From Amoebidium appalachense (Eukaryota; Protista; Ichthyosporea), in NCBI GenBank assembly GCA_963693365.1, contig CAVNZM010000003.1, positions 10,136,101 to 10,200,100 on the forward strand: 64,000 bases of DNA. The letters are read 5' to 3'. The first letter of the stretch is position 1, and each line of letters starts with the position of its first letter. Of the stretch, positions 41,540 to 53,749 are shown piece by piece. Under the pieces are notes generated by a model. It saw nothing but the letters and a program-made list of their open reading frames with translations, did no database searches and had not been told where the DNA came from. The translations under genes were made by a program, and so were the position numbers.

Positions 41540-44025
41540 GTGTTCACATAAAGACAGGGTACACCACGGTTGCCTCGATATTCCTCTGTTCTTTATCTAC
41601 ACATTCTCGGCTCACTCTCCCGTTCATAAAATATCTCCTCCCTTGTAGCACCTTGTAGCATAGTATATGTACATATGTTACCTAGACATTATTGGTTTTT
41701 CAATAACTACCCACAGAACAGCCTCTAGCACGAGAAATTTACCACAACGTTTATGGGGGGGATGGTAAATGTGCCCCTGGAGTACGAGGGTCACACGAAA
41801 AAAACACAACCTTGTAGCTCGAATAGAACCCCCCTTGTAGCATAGTATAAGTACATGTGTTACCTAGACATTATTCGTTTTTTCAATAACTACCCACAGA
41901 ACAGCTTCTAGCACGAGAGCTTTACCACAAAGTTTATGGGGGGGATGGTGAATGTGCCCCTGGAGTACGAGGGTCACACGAAAAAAACACAACGTTGTAG
42001 CTCGTATAGAACCCCCCTTGTAGCATAGTATATGTACATAGTATGTTACCTAGACATTATTGGTTTTTTCAATAACTACCCACAGAACAGCTTCTAGCAC
42101 GAGACATTTACCACAAAGTTTATGGGGGAGATGGTGAATGTGCCCCTGGAGTACGAGGGTCACACGAAAAAAACACAATGTTGTAGCTCGAATAGACCCC
42201 CCTTGTAGCATAGTATATGTCCATGTGTTACCTAGACATTATTGGTTGTTTCAATAACTACCCACAGAACAGCTTGTAGCACGAGACATTTACCACAACG
42301 TGTATGGGGGGGATGTTGAATGTGCCCCTGGAGTACAAGGGTCACACGAAAAAAACACAACGTTGTAGCTCGTATAGAACCCCCCTTGTAGCATAGTATA
42401 TGTACATAGTATGTTACCTAGACATTATTGGTTTTTTCGATAACTACCCACAGAACAGCTTCTAGCACGAGAGCTTTACCACAACGTTTATGGGGGGGAT
42501 GGTGAATGTGCCCCTGGAGTACGAGGGTCACACGAAGAAAACACAACGTTGTAGCTCGTATAGAACCCCCCTTGTAGCATAGTATATGTACATATGTTAC
42601 CTAGACATTATTGGTTTTTCAATAGCTACCCACAGAACAGCCTCTAGCACGAGAGATTTACCACAAAGTTTATGGGGTGGATGGTGAATGTGCCCCTGGA
42701 GTACGAGGGTCACACGAAAAAAACACAACATTGTAGCTCGAATAGAACCCCCCTTGTAGCATAGTATAAGTACATGTGTTACCTAGACATTATTCGTTTT
42801 TTCAATAACTACCCACAGAACAGCTTCTAGCACGAGAGCTTTACCACAACGTGTATGGGGGGGATGGTGAATGTGCCCCTGGAGTACGAGGGTCACACGA
42901 AAAAAGCACAACGTTGTAGCTCGTATAGAACCCCCCTTGTAGCATAGTATATGTACATAGTATGTTACCTAGACATTATTGGTTTTTTCAATAACTACCC
43001 ACAGAACAGCTTCTAGCACGAGAGCTTTACCACAACGTTTATGGGGGGGATGGTGAATGTGCCCCTGGAGTACGAGGGTCACACGAAAAAAACACAACGT
43101 TGTAGCTCGTATAGAACCCCCCTTGTAGCATAGTATATGTACATATATATGTTACCTAGACATTATTGGTTTTTCAATAACTACCCACAGAACAGCCTCT
43201 AGGACGAGAGATTTACCACAACGTTTATGGGGTGGATGGTGAATGTGCCCCTGGAGTACGAGGGTCACACGAAAAAAACACAACATTGTAGCTCGAATAG
43301 AACCCCCCTTGTAGCATAGCATATGTACATGTGTTACCTAGACATTATTCGTTTTTTCAATAACTACCCACAGAACAGCTTCTAGCACGAGAACTTTACC
43401 ACAAAGTTTATGGGGGGGATGGTGAATGTGCCCCTGGAGTACGAGGGTCACACGAAAAAAACACAACGTTGTAGCTCGTATAGAACCCCCTTTGTAGCAT
43501 AGTATATGTACATCATACGTTATGTTACCTAGACATTATTGGTTTTTTCAATAACTACCCACATGCGGCATGTGTTACTTTCACGTTATTGGTTTCCTAG
43601 CACGGGATATTCAGCACACAGTTGGGGATGTGGGGGCAGTGTACACCTCAATATTGGTAAGGTGGTGGGTGGGTTGGGGGGGGGGGGGGGGGGGGGGGAG
43701 GGGGGGGGGGGTTCCACACAACCGAAACTGTCGGTGTTACAAGTGGTTCGGTCTTAAGAAGTTAGAACGGTGATTTTTTAATTAATAGCGGGAAACAATA
43801 TTATCCCCATTGCATATGGGGGGAACGAGGGGAGGGGGGGGGAGGGGGGGGGGGGGGGGGGGGGTTCACAACGAATTCTATCGACTGTGCATAATTAATG
43901 TATATTGCACATGTAGCCTGAAAGATTAAAGTGAATGTTGTGGTGTATGTATATGTGCGAGTATATTTGTGTATGCAATACATGTACAATGTTTTCGTCT
44001 TTGTAGGTGGGTGGGTGGGGTGGGT

Positions 44026-44066
<41 letters not shown>

Positions 44067-44271
44067 GCGCGGGGGGGAAGAGGGAGGGGGGGAGGGGGCA
44101 TCATGATCAGGGATAACAGGGTGTGTGCGTGTGTGCGCTTGTGTGTGCATGTGCTGTGTGTGTTGTGTAGGTGTGCGCCTGTGTGTGTGTGCGTGCCTGT
44201 GTGTGCGCGCCTGTGTGTGTGTGTGTGTGTGTGTGTGCAGTGTGCATGTGTGCGTGCGCGCGTGCGCGCGC

Positions 44272-44302
<31 letters not shown>

Positions 44303-45158
44303 TGATTTCAAAGAAGTCGAAAGCGCCAGTGACACCCATGTTGAAAAAAAGACAAGCAAGCACGCTAAGAAGGACAGCAAGAAGTAACAGAAACCCTTTC
44401 ATGCCGAAAAAATGGTCAAGAACAAAGAAGTGGAGGACACGTAACTATAGTCTGATAGTTGTGACTAAGGGCACTAAGGGTAGCGCTAAGGGCACCAAGC
44501 TGATGCACGCGCGCGCGCGAGCCGAAATCTATTTTTATCTTTTTCCTAATCAGGCGCGGCGATTAGTGATTGGCTAAATCCCAATCCGGTTTGCAATTTT
44601 TTTCTCCATTTAAGCCTGTACGCACGTTGTTTTCTCCATTTCTCTTCCCCCTTCCCGCAGGTCCGCAGGTCCTTTCCCGCAGGTCGCCTGGTCGCAGGTC
44701 CCTTCCCGCAGGTCGCCTGGTCGCAGTTCCCTTCCCGCAGCGCCTGGTCACAGATCCCCTCCGCAGATCGCGCAGCCACCGTGCTGATTGTTTTGGACCA
44801 TGCTGCATGCTGCAGCTTCTTCTTGAAGGTTAGTTTTGTGTTGCCTGCTTTTGTGCATATGGCGTTTGTCTGTCTGGTCTGTGTCTGTGTCTGTGTGTGT
44901 GTGTGTGTATGTGTGTGTGCGTGCGTGCGTGTGCGTGTGTCTGCTGGCTGCAGATGCACGTTGCCTTTCACGTTCATGAACCAGCGACTGTGGGCACTAC
45001 TTTTGCTGTTAGCACTATAGCTATCATCCCCTCCACCGATCGTTCAAGCTATTTTCTGCTTCTCTAGACTTCATAAGTTCTGGTCCGGGTTTCCGTCCTT
45101 ACTATCTTTAAGGTTGGTTCTGTCGACTCTTTTTTTGCCACTCTCAGTCAGCCCCCTC

Positions 45159-45198
<40 letters not shown>

Positions 45199-46243
45199 CC
45201 CCCACTTCTCGCAAGTAGGATGAGCTAATTCTTAGCTCGAGTTTCTTTACAGGTTTTGGCAAGGTTGGCCCATGAAGTCATCAGCAGCTATAAGGCTACG
45301 TTATCATCTAGAGGTGGGTACCGGCTCTTTGTCCTATGGCTGCTGTTGTTTCCGTTTTTCGTTTCATAGGTGGGTACCGGCTCTTTGTCCTGTTAAGGTA
45401 AATAAAGTATGGAGGCAAGACCCTGTGGGTCTGGTTCTTTGTCCTATGGCTGCTGTTGTTTCCGTGTTTCGTTTCTGTGTTGCTCTTATAGCACATGAAT
45501 GATCATGTGCATGTTTAGCACCCATAGGTGGGTACCGGCTCTTTGTCCTGTTAATTACTCTGCCGGCATTTGGTATGGTATGGTTTGGTGTAAGAGTGCC
45601 CCCCTTATATTGTCATGTTGGGCGTCCTTTTTTTTTTTTTTTGGGCCTCATACCCATACACACACACCTTGTTACTCTTCTGTCAAGGGATTAGCATGTG
45701 TTTAGTTTAATGATGTTGGGAGCTTCTTAGAAACCCGCATAATAGTTTGCTTGTTTTGAGTTTTGTTTATGTTCGTTGCTGCTCTTTTATACTCCTTCCC
45801 CCCCCCCCCCCCCACACACACACACACACAAAAGAGTGACTTTTCTTTTTTTTTCTTTTTTTCTTTTTTTTTGTGTGTGTGTGTGCGAAGAGAAAAAGTA
45901 ACAGAGCTTTTTATTATTTTTATTATTATTATTATTATTTTGTGTGTGTCTGTGTATTTATTTTGTGTGTTTTCGTAGTTCGAATAAATTGTGTGAAGAC
46001 ATGTCCCGAGGACATGTCTTTAAAAATATTTGTCTTAGAAAATATTTGTCTTAGAAAATATTTGAAGTGACAGACACGCCCCAGTGGGACATAACCCTAC
46101 GTAAAAGATAATAGATGAGTTATAGTTGACACGTTCCAGTGGGACGTGTCTGCAGAAAATGGATCTGTAATCAGCGGCTCGACGACATATGACCACGTGA
46201 CAGGCAGGTTCGAAAGGGGTGAGGGGCGGGGGGGGGGGGCGGT

Positions 46244-46279
<36 letters not shown>

Positions 46280-47304
46280 AAACGACATCAAACAGTGATC
46301 GGAAACGACGTCTGGATGATATCAACTTTGAAAATGGCTCAATCATATATATCAAGACATAACATAATGATATGAAAAGGATAATATAACTATATTGCGA
46401 AAATCATTCTTAATAAATCTTAATTATACCTTAAATTTATCGTTTTGATATATGTGCTGTATGTCAAAAAGATGTGACAGAGTTATGTTAACGATATGCT
46501 ACTAATATCATAAGGAATGGTTAGCTGATAAACTACTATATGTTTTAACGATATGTAACAGATACTAGAAAGATGTCGTGTAGAGGACATACAGCCAGAA
46601 CTTCTCATATCTTTAAAGGCTCCTAAAACTATCAAAACGATATTATTACGAAATTTCTTTTGACCCATCCTAGTTATCTTTATGTTATGAGGCTTATATC
46701 GTTATGACATTTAACGTATGATCTTTAGATAATGTTTTCGGCATCCTATACCTATCCGTTGTATATGAAAAGGACATCTGTAATAGTATCTTATAGATGT
46801 ATTACCATATACGAAACCTCCTATAATGACCTCGAAATGATATCATATAGATATATATGTATCTTATGATCGATTATCATATATATCGTAAGGATATGTG
46901 ATAGCTACCATAAGGATATGGGGAAGGGCTCCTAATCCGCTATTAGAGATATCTTTATTATGTCTAAAACGCTTCTGAACATCAGACTAAAAAGATTTTA
47001 TGATATCAAATAGACTATCATAATGGTATCATACGGATATAACGAGGTTGTTGAATACATGGAACACAGGATAGAACAACGATGGGTTCAGGGTGCTCCG
47101 TATGAGCCCATTATGAGATCATTTTGATTTCTAGCAAAAGATACCAAAATGATATCCAGAAAACCCGTGATAGCAAAACGATGCTGTTATGTTATCTAAA
47201 AGACAAGAGGGGGATAAAGAGTGGCAAAAAGATGGGTTTATGGGTTTATGATATCTTTAATGGGTTTTTAATGGGTTTCGGATGCCGGATGAAGTTTGCT
47301 GATG
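38631..47304. mobile_element. Non-autonomous TIR DNA transposon, CMC/EnSpm-like, 8674 bp
   Basis: Perfect 34-bp TIRs catcagcaaacttcatccggcatccgaaacccat (38631-38664 / 47271-47304). CA (or CACA) flanks both ends as a candidate TSD. Long subterminal zones are dense in GATATC-type hexamers. No transposase ORF seen. Confidence 0.8.
41651..43562 (+). repeat. Satellite array, 182-186-bp monomer x ~10.4
   Basis: Unit starts (ccttgtagcatag) at 41651, 41833, 42016, 42201, 42384, 42570, 42752, 42935, 43121, 43307 and 43490 (last one partial). Confidence 0.97.
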
Positions 47305-47679
47305 CACATACACTAGAGCCAGTGTGCAAATACATAAGCACAAACACTCACAAGAAAATCAATAAATATAAAAGGCGAGGGAAAGAAAGGGAAAAAGAGA
47401 AAGGTATGCGTGCCACCATCCAAACCCAAAGCCAAAGACGAATGAATGAATGAATGAAAGGTGGCAAAATAGCATTCAAACCCCAGCAACCACATAACAC
47501 AGACTGAATATTGACACGCCACACCAACACATTGTCAAGCACCCAACGGTGGATGTTTGTTTATTGGGGATTTTTATTGTTAAATGTGTCGGGGTTGGTA
47601 TACAGCCTAAGGTGTGCCGTTTGTGCGAATGTGAAGTTTGTGTGAGGGCTTACAAGGAGAGAGGGGGCCAGGGGAAGGG

Positions 47680-47720
<41 letters not shown>

Positions 47721-47721
<1 letters not shown>

Positions 47722-48485
47722 GTTGGAGTACACTGGTACTCCCGGCTAGCAATGTCTGTTAGAGAAAGTTTCTGAGCAATTGAATAACTGTTTCAACACT
47801 CACTCGAGTGCATAGAGCTTTTGTTTACGGTCATATTCATATATGGTAGTTATATGTTTGAGCCAAAACTGTACCAATGACGAGCTTCACTAGCAACGTG
47901 CTAATTGTGCTCATTAATTAATATTCCCGGTTCAGATGATGTCATGTCTATATTTGCCACAGGATTCTATTCTTAGAGTGGTAGTGTGCTTTATTCCCGG
48001 ATATTCTCAGAATATTTTTAGTTGTGTGAAGCAAGATTTACGTTTAACTGCAATTGGTGTGTTAAACACGTTTATTTGTGTGCTTTAGTGCAAGTTAACT
48101 AGCCACTCAACGTGCACAGTTAACTTTTATATCTTTAACGACTTGTTTTCATTGTGCTCTCTTTTCGGCCATGCTGTACATGGCCCACCACCAGGGTGCA
48201 CACGAGGCCACCATGAGGTGGCCAACGACTATATAAAGCAGTGCCTCCCATGTCACAAACATGGGAAGCAGAACGTTTGATTTACACTTTTCTACTGTCG
48301 TTTCCAGTGCACAAAACACATAGACTAGTTACCCATCATACACGACACTATGTCTGACAACTTACAGTTGCAGCAACTAGTCCAACTACTGGAGCAGAGG
48401 TTGGCCTCACAAGATGCAATCATTTCTGACTTACAGAAGGAACAACGTGCACTAGAACTAGCTTCTATGAACACAATGTCCAACA
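47721..48485 (+). repeat. 5' LTR (765 bp)
   Basis: TG...CA ends with 7-bp inverted termini; TATA-like ctatataaag ~48229; matches 52833-53597. Confidence 0.96.
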
Positions 48486-51400
48486 GGGTTATGGGCCCCT
48501 CACGTAATGATTCCATCAAGTTCAAGGTCGACATCCCTCTCTTCACTGGCATTGATAATGATTCAGGCACGGACTACCACACATGGGCCGAAACCATGTA
48601 TGTCCAGCTTTCTGGTGCTGGTCTTCTCCACACCATCGCGCCCAGTACGGAGCACCCGGCTACCCGTGAACAGGTCGACACTGCCCGTTCCTACCTGTGG
48701 CAAGCACTCTCGATTGACGTGCGTTGTATCCTAGGGTTAACACGCACCACCACACCTGCGGAGATATGGTCGGCCCTATCTGCCCACTACCTGGAGCAAT
48801 CTGAGGCCAATCAGTACGACCTTATCGGGCTGTACATGAATTCTACGCCTGAACCTACGGACACCGCGACGAAATACGCCATGAAACTCCGCGGCTACGT
48901 GCGGCGCCTGGCCGATTACGGCACACAAATTGGTGATGCTCAAGTGCTGACCAAGCTCACCAACGACCTCGGCAAGGTGCCTTACTACGAAATGCCTGTA
49001 ATTGCCTACAAGATGACACCCAAGCCTACCGTGACGGGCCTCCTCCAACAGCTACGGGCATATGAGACCAGCCACCCACGTGCACGTGTGACTACCAGCT
49101 CCGGGCCGGCCGCCTTCACCACACGGGCTCCTCAACCTGTCATCTGCCACGGCTGCGGCAAACCAGGCCACATCAAGTCTCAGTGCCCCAACGGCAACGG
49201 CCAACACAGCAACTCTGGCAACAACCGTGCCAGCACCTACCCCAAGGGTTCCTGCGTCAACCACCCACTGTCTACCAGTCACACTACCGCCATGTGCAAG
49301 GGGGGCAACCGTGCCAACGGCCGCAAACCTAAGGGTGGTCCCCTCCTGCCTGGGTCCTGCATCAACCACCCTGCCTCTACTACCCACACTACGGCACAGT
49401 GCAAGGGGGGGCTGCCGCTCCCCGGGCTTTCCTCATGTCTAGCAACGACTGTGGCACCAACAAGGTGCTCCTCGACTCTGGAGCCACTGACCATGTGTGC
49501 CCCCGGCCCGATGTGTTCATCAACATGCGTGCGGCGCCTTACTCCACGGTCCAAGTAGCCGACAAGGGTGCATGTGCAGTGCTTGGGGTGGGCGACGTGT
49601 TCTTTTCCAGCACCATCGACGGCGTTACTGCGGTGCATCAGCTGACGGATGTACTCTACGTGCCCTCCATCCCCGACACTCTCATCAGTGTGTTCACGGC
49701 AACTACCAACGGTGTTTTACCCCGCTTTGACACCCGCGGCGGCGTTAAGTTGTGCTACGGCGATCAAATTCTGGCCACCGGCTCGGCTGTCGGCACCAAG
49801 CTGTACCACATGGCGGTGTCTCTTCTGCGCGCGGACACAACCCCGGACGCCCAAACCACCACTGCTCCGCGTATCCTCAAGGTTACTGCCGACCTCAACA
49901 CGTGGCACTACCGTCTGGGCCATGCTGGCATTGACGCTGTACGCTCGGTCATCAAGTCTGCAGGCCTGTTGGTGGGTGGCGGTGCCAAGTCTCCGGGTGT
50001 GTGTGAGCCCTGTGCCCTCGGCAAAGCCCACCGTGTTGCCTTCTCCGAATCAACTAGCCAAGCTCCCCGGGTCCTCGCCAAGGTTCACAGCGACATCAGC
50101 GGCCCCTTCCCTCCCGCGATCGGTGGTGCTCAGTACTTGGCGACGTTCCACGACGAATTCACCGGCCACACCACGGCCGTGCCCCTCGTCAAGAAGTCGG
50201 ACACACTGGCTGCATATGTGACGTACCACAAGGCGGCGGTTACCCAACACGGTGTTCCCATGCAGGTGTTTCAGTCCGACGGGGGGGCGAGTACATGGGC
50301 ACGGCCTTCGGGGACTACAACCGTGAGCATGGCATTCGCCATCAGATCACTACCACCGGCTCTCCTCAACAGAATGGGACTGCCGAACGACTGAACCGGA
50401 CCCTCCTCGACATGGTTCGGGCACTCCTGCAGCAGTCCGGCCTTCCGGTGGGATTCTGGGCCGAGGCAGCTGTGACCGCGGCTTTTATACGCAACATGCT
50501 CCCGTCGCGAGCCACCGGCAGCCAATCGTCTCCCGCTCTGCTGTGGACCGGCATTCCTCCCGACTACAGCCGGCTCCGTGTCTGGGGCTCTCCCTGCTAC
50601 GTCCATCAACAGGATACACCGAAACTGGCGCCTCGTGCCGTCAAGGGCGTCTTCGTGGGCTACCCTCCTAACATCAAGGGCTACAAGGTCTGGATTCCAG
50701 CAGCACACAAGATGACCGTCAGCCGTGACGTGCAGTTCGACGAGGCTGCTATTCTGCACCCCCTCCGTGATGTCCCATCTGATTGGTCGACCGCACCGGC
50801 AATTCATCATTTTTTGGAGTCATCTGATTCGTCAAATCAGCCAGCCAATCACATCGTCCGGAATGATCAGCAATCTGATTCGTCTCGTCTGTCAGCCAAT
50901 GGGACAGCGCCGAGTGATCAATTGGACATTCCGATCCTGCCCGAGCCTGCACATCGGCTCCCCCGGACGACCCGTAGTGGCGCTGTGTACAACGACCAAC
51001 GTCGAGGCCCGACTGCCAACGTGGCTGCTGCTACGGCCCCCCTTGCCCCCCAGGCTACGGCTCCTGCATCAACACCCATCAAGGCTTCCACCATTGTTGT
51101 CCCCAAGACTGTCCGGGCTGCACTCAAGAGTCCCCAGCGTCTGAAATGGGAGGAGGCTGCACACCGTGAGCTCAAGGCCCTGGAAGACAACGGCACCTTC
51201 ACCCTTGTGCCCCGTCCAGAGGATGGCTCCACTGTCATTCCGGTCGGCTGGGTCTTTACGGTCAAGCAGGACAACGTCGGCAACGTCACTGCTTTCAAGG
51301 CCCGGCTTGTGGCCCGGGGCAACTACCAGCAGCCTGGCCAGGACTATTTCGTCACCGAGTCACCTGTGGCTGCGCTGGCTACCATCCGGCTGGTTTTGGC

Positions 51401-52646
51401 TACCTCCGTGGCCCAAGGTCTGCCTCTGCGCCACATCGACGTCAACACAGCATTCCTCAACGGCACCGTCAACGAGACCATCTACATTGAGCAGCCCCCT
51501 GGCTTCGTCAACCCCTCGGCCCCCCATGCTGTCGGCTTGCTCCACAAGGCGCTCTACGGCCTAAAACAGGCACCGCGCCAGTGGTATGAGGCCCTCCGTG
51601 ACCATCTCCTCGACCAAGGCTTCATTGTGAGTGCTGCTGACCCGTGCCTGTTCATCAAGAATGCCGGGACCCCAACATTTATTGCCCTTGCTGCCTACGT
51701 GGATGACTTCACCGTGACGGCCGCCACTGATGCGCTCATCGACGATTTTTTCACCAAGCTGGATGCTCGTTTCTCTGCCAAGGACCTGGGTCGTCCTACC
51801 CTGCTCATCGGGCACACTCTTACCTGGCTGGAGGACGGGTCTCTGCGTCTGGGCCATCGTCAACACATCATCGACTTGGCTGCCCGTTTTCGTCTCACCC
51901 ACATGTCCGGCACCAAGACCCCCATCGTCCCGGGCCAGGCCAGTGAAAGCAACAAGACCCCAGCCTACAGCAAGAAGGAGGACTATGCCAGCCTGGTCGG
52001 TGCCCTGCTGTGGATTGCGCGTACCACCCGCCCCGACATTTCCCAGGCTCTGGGAGTCCTTACTCGACACATTCATGCGCCCACCGTCACCCACTGGACT
52101 ATGGCTACCAGAGTTGTAAGCTACCTGCTGGCCACCATCGACCTGGGTATTGTCTACCGTCCCGGCCCCCCCAACCTTGTTGGCTACTCCGACTCCGACT
52201 ACGCCGAGGACCGCGACACCCGGCGCTCCACCACGGGCTATGTCTTCTTCATAAACTCCTCCCCTGTGTCCTGGGTGTCTCGGCTCCAGTCCATCACCAC
52301 CCACAGCTCCACTGAGGCTGAATTTGTGGCCATGTCTGCTGCTACGAACGAGGCCCTATGGCTCAACTATGTGATGGACGACCTGGGCCTTAATCCTATC
52401 AATGAGCCCACCCCGGTGCCCATCCATGGGGACAATGAGTCTGCCCGGGCCCTGCTGGACACCCTGGGGGTTAAGCCCAAGACCAAGCACATCGACGTCC
52501 GCTACTGCTCCGTCAAGGAACATCACCTGCTGGGCAACATCACTGTGGTCCCGGTGGCTTCTGCTGACAACAAGGCCGACATGTTCACCAAGGCCCTGTC
52601 TGCCTCTTTCTTCACCAAGGCCGTGGGGATGCTCAACATGTGCTGA
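48350..52646 (+). CDS. Copia gag-pol polyprotein, broken by two single-base frameshifts in G7 runs (49405-49411, 50281-50287)
   Basis: Gag CHGCGKPGHIKSQC; protease LLDSGATDH; integrase WHYRLGH..CEPC, HSDISGP, QSDGG(G)EY, NGTAERLNRTL; RT FKARLVARG, LYGLKQAPR, YVDD; RNase H YSDSDYA..SSTEAEF..DN..KHIDVRY..ADMFTK. Confidence 0.93.
48487..48498 (+). other. Primer binding site GGTTATGGGCCC (half-tRNA-iMet type)
   Basis: Directly after the 5' LTR; same motif as the PBS of Drosophila copia-type elements. Confidence 0.8.
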
Positions 52647-52819
52647 GCACCCGTCATCAACCAACTGCGCCCTCATACTTCAGGGGGGGGGAGAGAGTTG
52701 CATCCGACTGTGCAACTACGTGTACCATACTAAAATTGAGTAGGGGAATCTTTATTGTCTGTATTTTGTGCACCTGAAGCACTCGAGCTCAGTTGCATTA
52801 ATTCATACCACAATTATCC

Positions 52820-52832
52820 AATTGAGTAGGGG
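52820..52832 (+). other. Polypurine tract
   Basis: aattgagtagggg abuts the 3' LTR. Confidence 0.75.
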
Positions 52833-53597
52833 TGTTGGAGTACACTGGTACTCCCGGCTAGCAATGTCTGTTAGAGAAAGTTTCTGAGCAATTGAATAAC
52901 TGTTTCAACACTCACTCGAGTGCATAGAGCTTTTGTTTACGGTCATATTCATATATGGTAGTTATATGTTTGAGCCAAAACTGTACCAATGACGAGCTTC
53001 ACTAGCAACGTGCTAATTGTGCTCATTAATTAATATTCCCGGTTCAGATGATGTCATGTCTATATTTGCCACAGGATTCTATTCTTAGAGTGGTAGTGTG
53101 CTTTATTCCCGGATATTCTCAGAATATTTTTAGTTGTGTGAAGCAAGATTTACGTTTAACTGCAATTGGTGTGTTAAACACGTTTATTTGTGTGCTTTAG
53201 TGCAAGTTAACTAGCCACTCAACGTGCACAGTTAACTTTTATATCTTTAACGACTTGTTTTCATTGTGCTCTCTTTTCGGCCATGCTGTACATGGCCCAC
53301 CACCAGGGTGCACACGAGGCCACCATGAGGTGGCCAACGACTATATAAAGCAGTGCCTCCCATGTCACAAACATGGGAAGCAGAACGTTTGATTTACACT
53401 TTTCTACTGTCGTTTCCAGTGCACAAAACACATAGACTAGTTACCCATCATACACGACACTATGTCTGACAACTTACAGTTGCAGCAACTAGTCCAACTA
53501 CTGGAGCAGAGGTTGGCCTCACAAGATGCAATCATTTCTGACTTACAGAAGGAACAACGTGCACTAGAACTAGCTTCTATGAACACAATGTCCAACA
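52833..53597 (+). repeat. 3' LTR (765 bp)
   Basis: No difference from the 5' LTR found by eye; preceded by the PPT. Confidence 0.96.
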
Positions 53598-53749
53598 GGG
53601 GGGGGAGGGGGGGGGGGGGGGAGGGGGGGGGGGTAGGCAATGATCATCGCAAAGCTCAGCTGCCGCAAGTGCACTTACGATGGCCTTTTAAAGTCTAAAA
53701 TATAGAGAATAAACATCTGTACATTTTCTCATCTCTGATGTAAAACGCT

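Larger units (their letters stand above)
47721..53597 (+). mobile_element. Full-length Ty1/Copia LTR retrotransposon
   Basis: Two 765-bp LTRs (TGTTGGA...TCCAACA), PBS, PPT, domain order gag-PR-IN-RT-RH, GGGGG on both flanks. Confidence 0.97.

Noticed and set aside
41651-43562. CRISPR-like array
   Set aside because: Whole 183-bp units repeat, with no unique spacers and no cas genes; it is a satellite.
53462-53698. 78-aa ORF as an independent gene
   Set aside because: It is the Gag N-terminus copied in the 3' LTR, running into poly-G.
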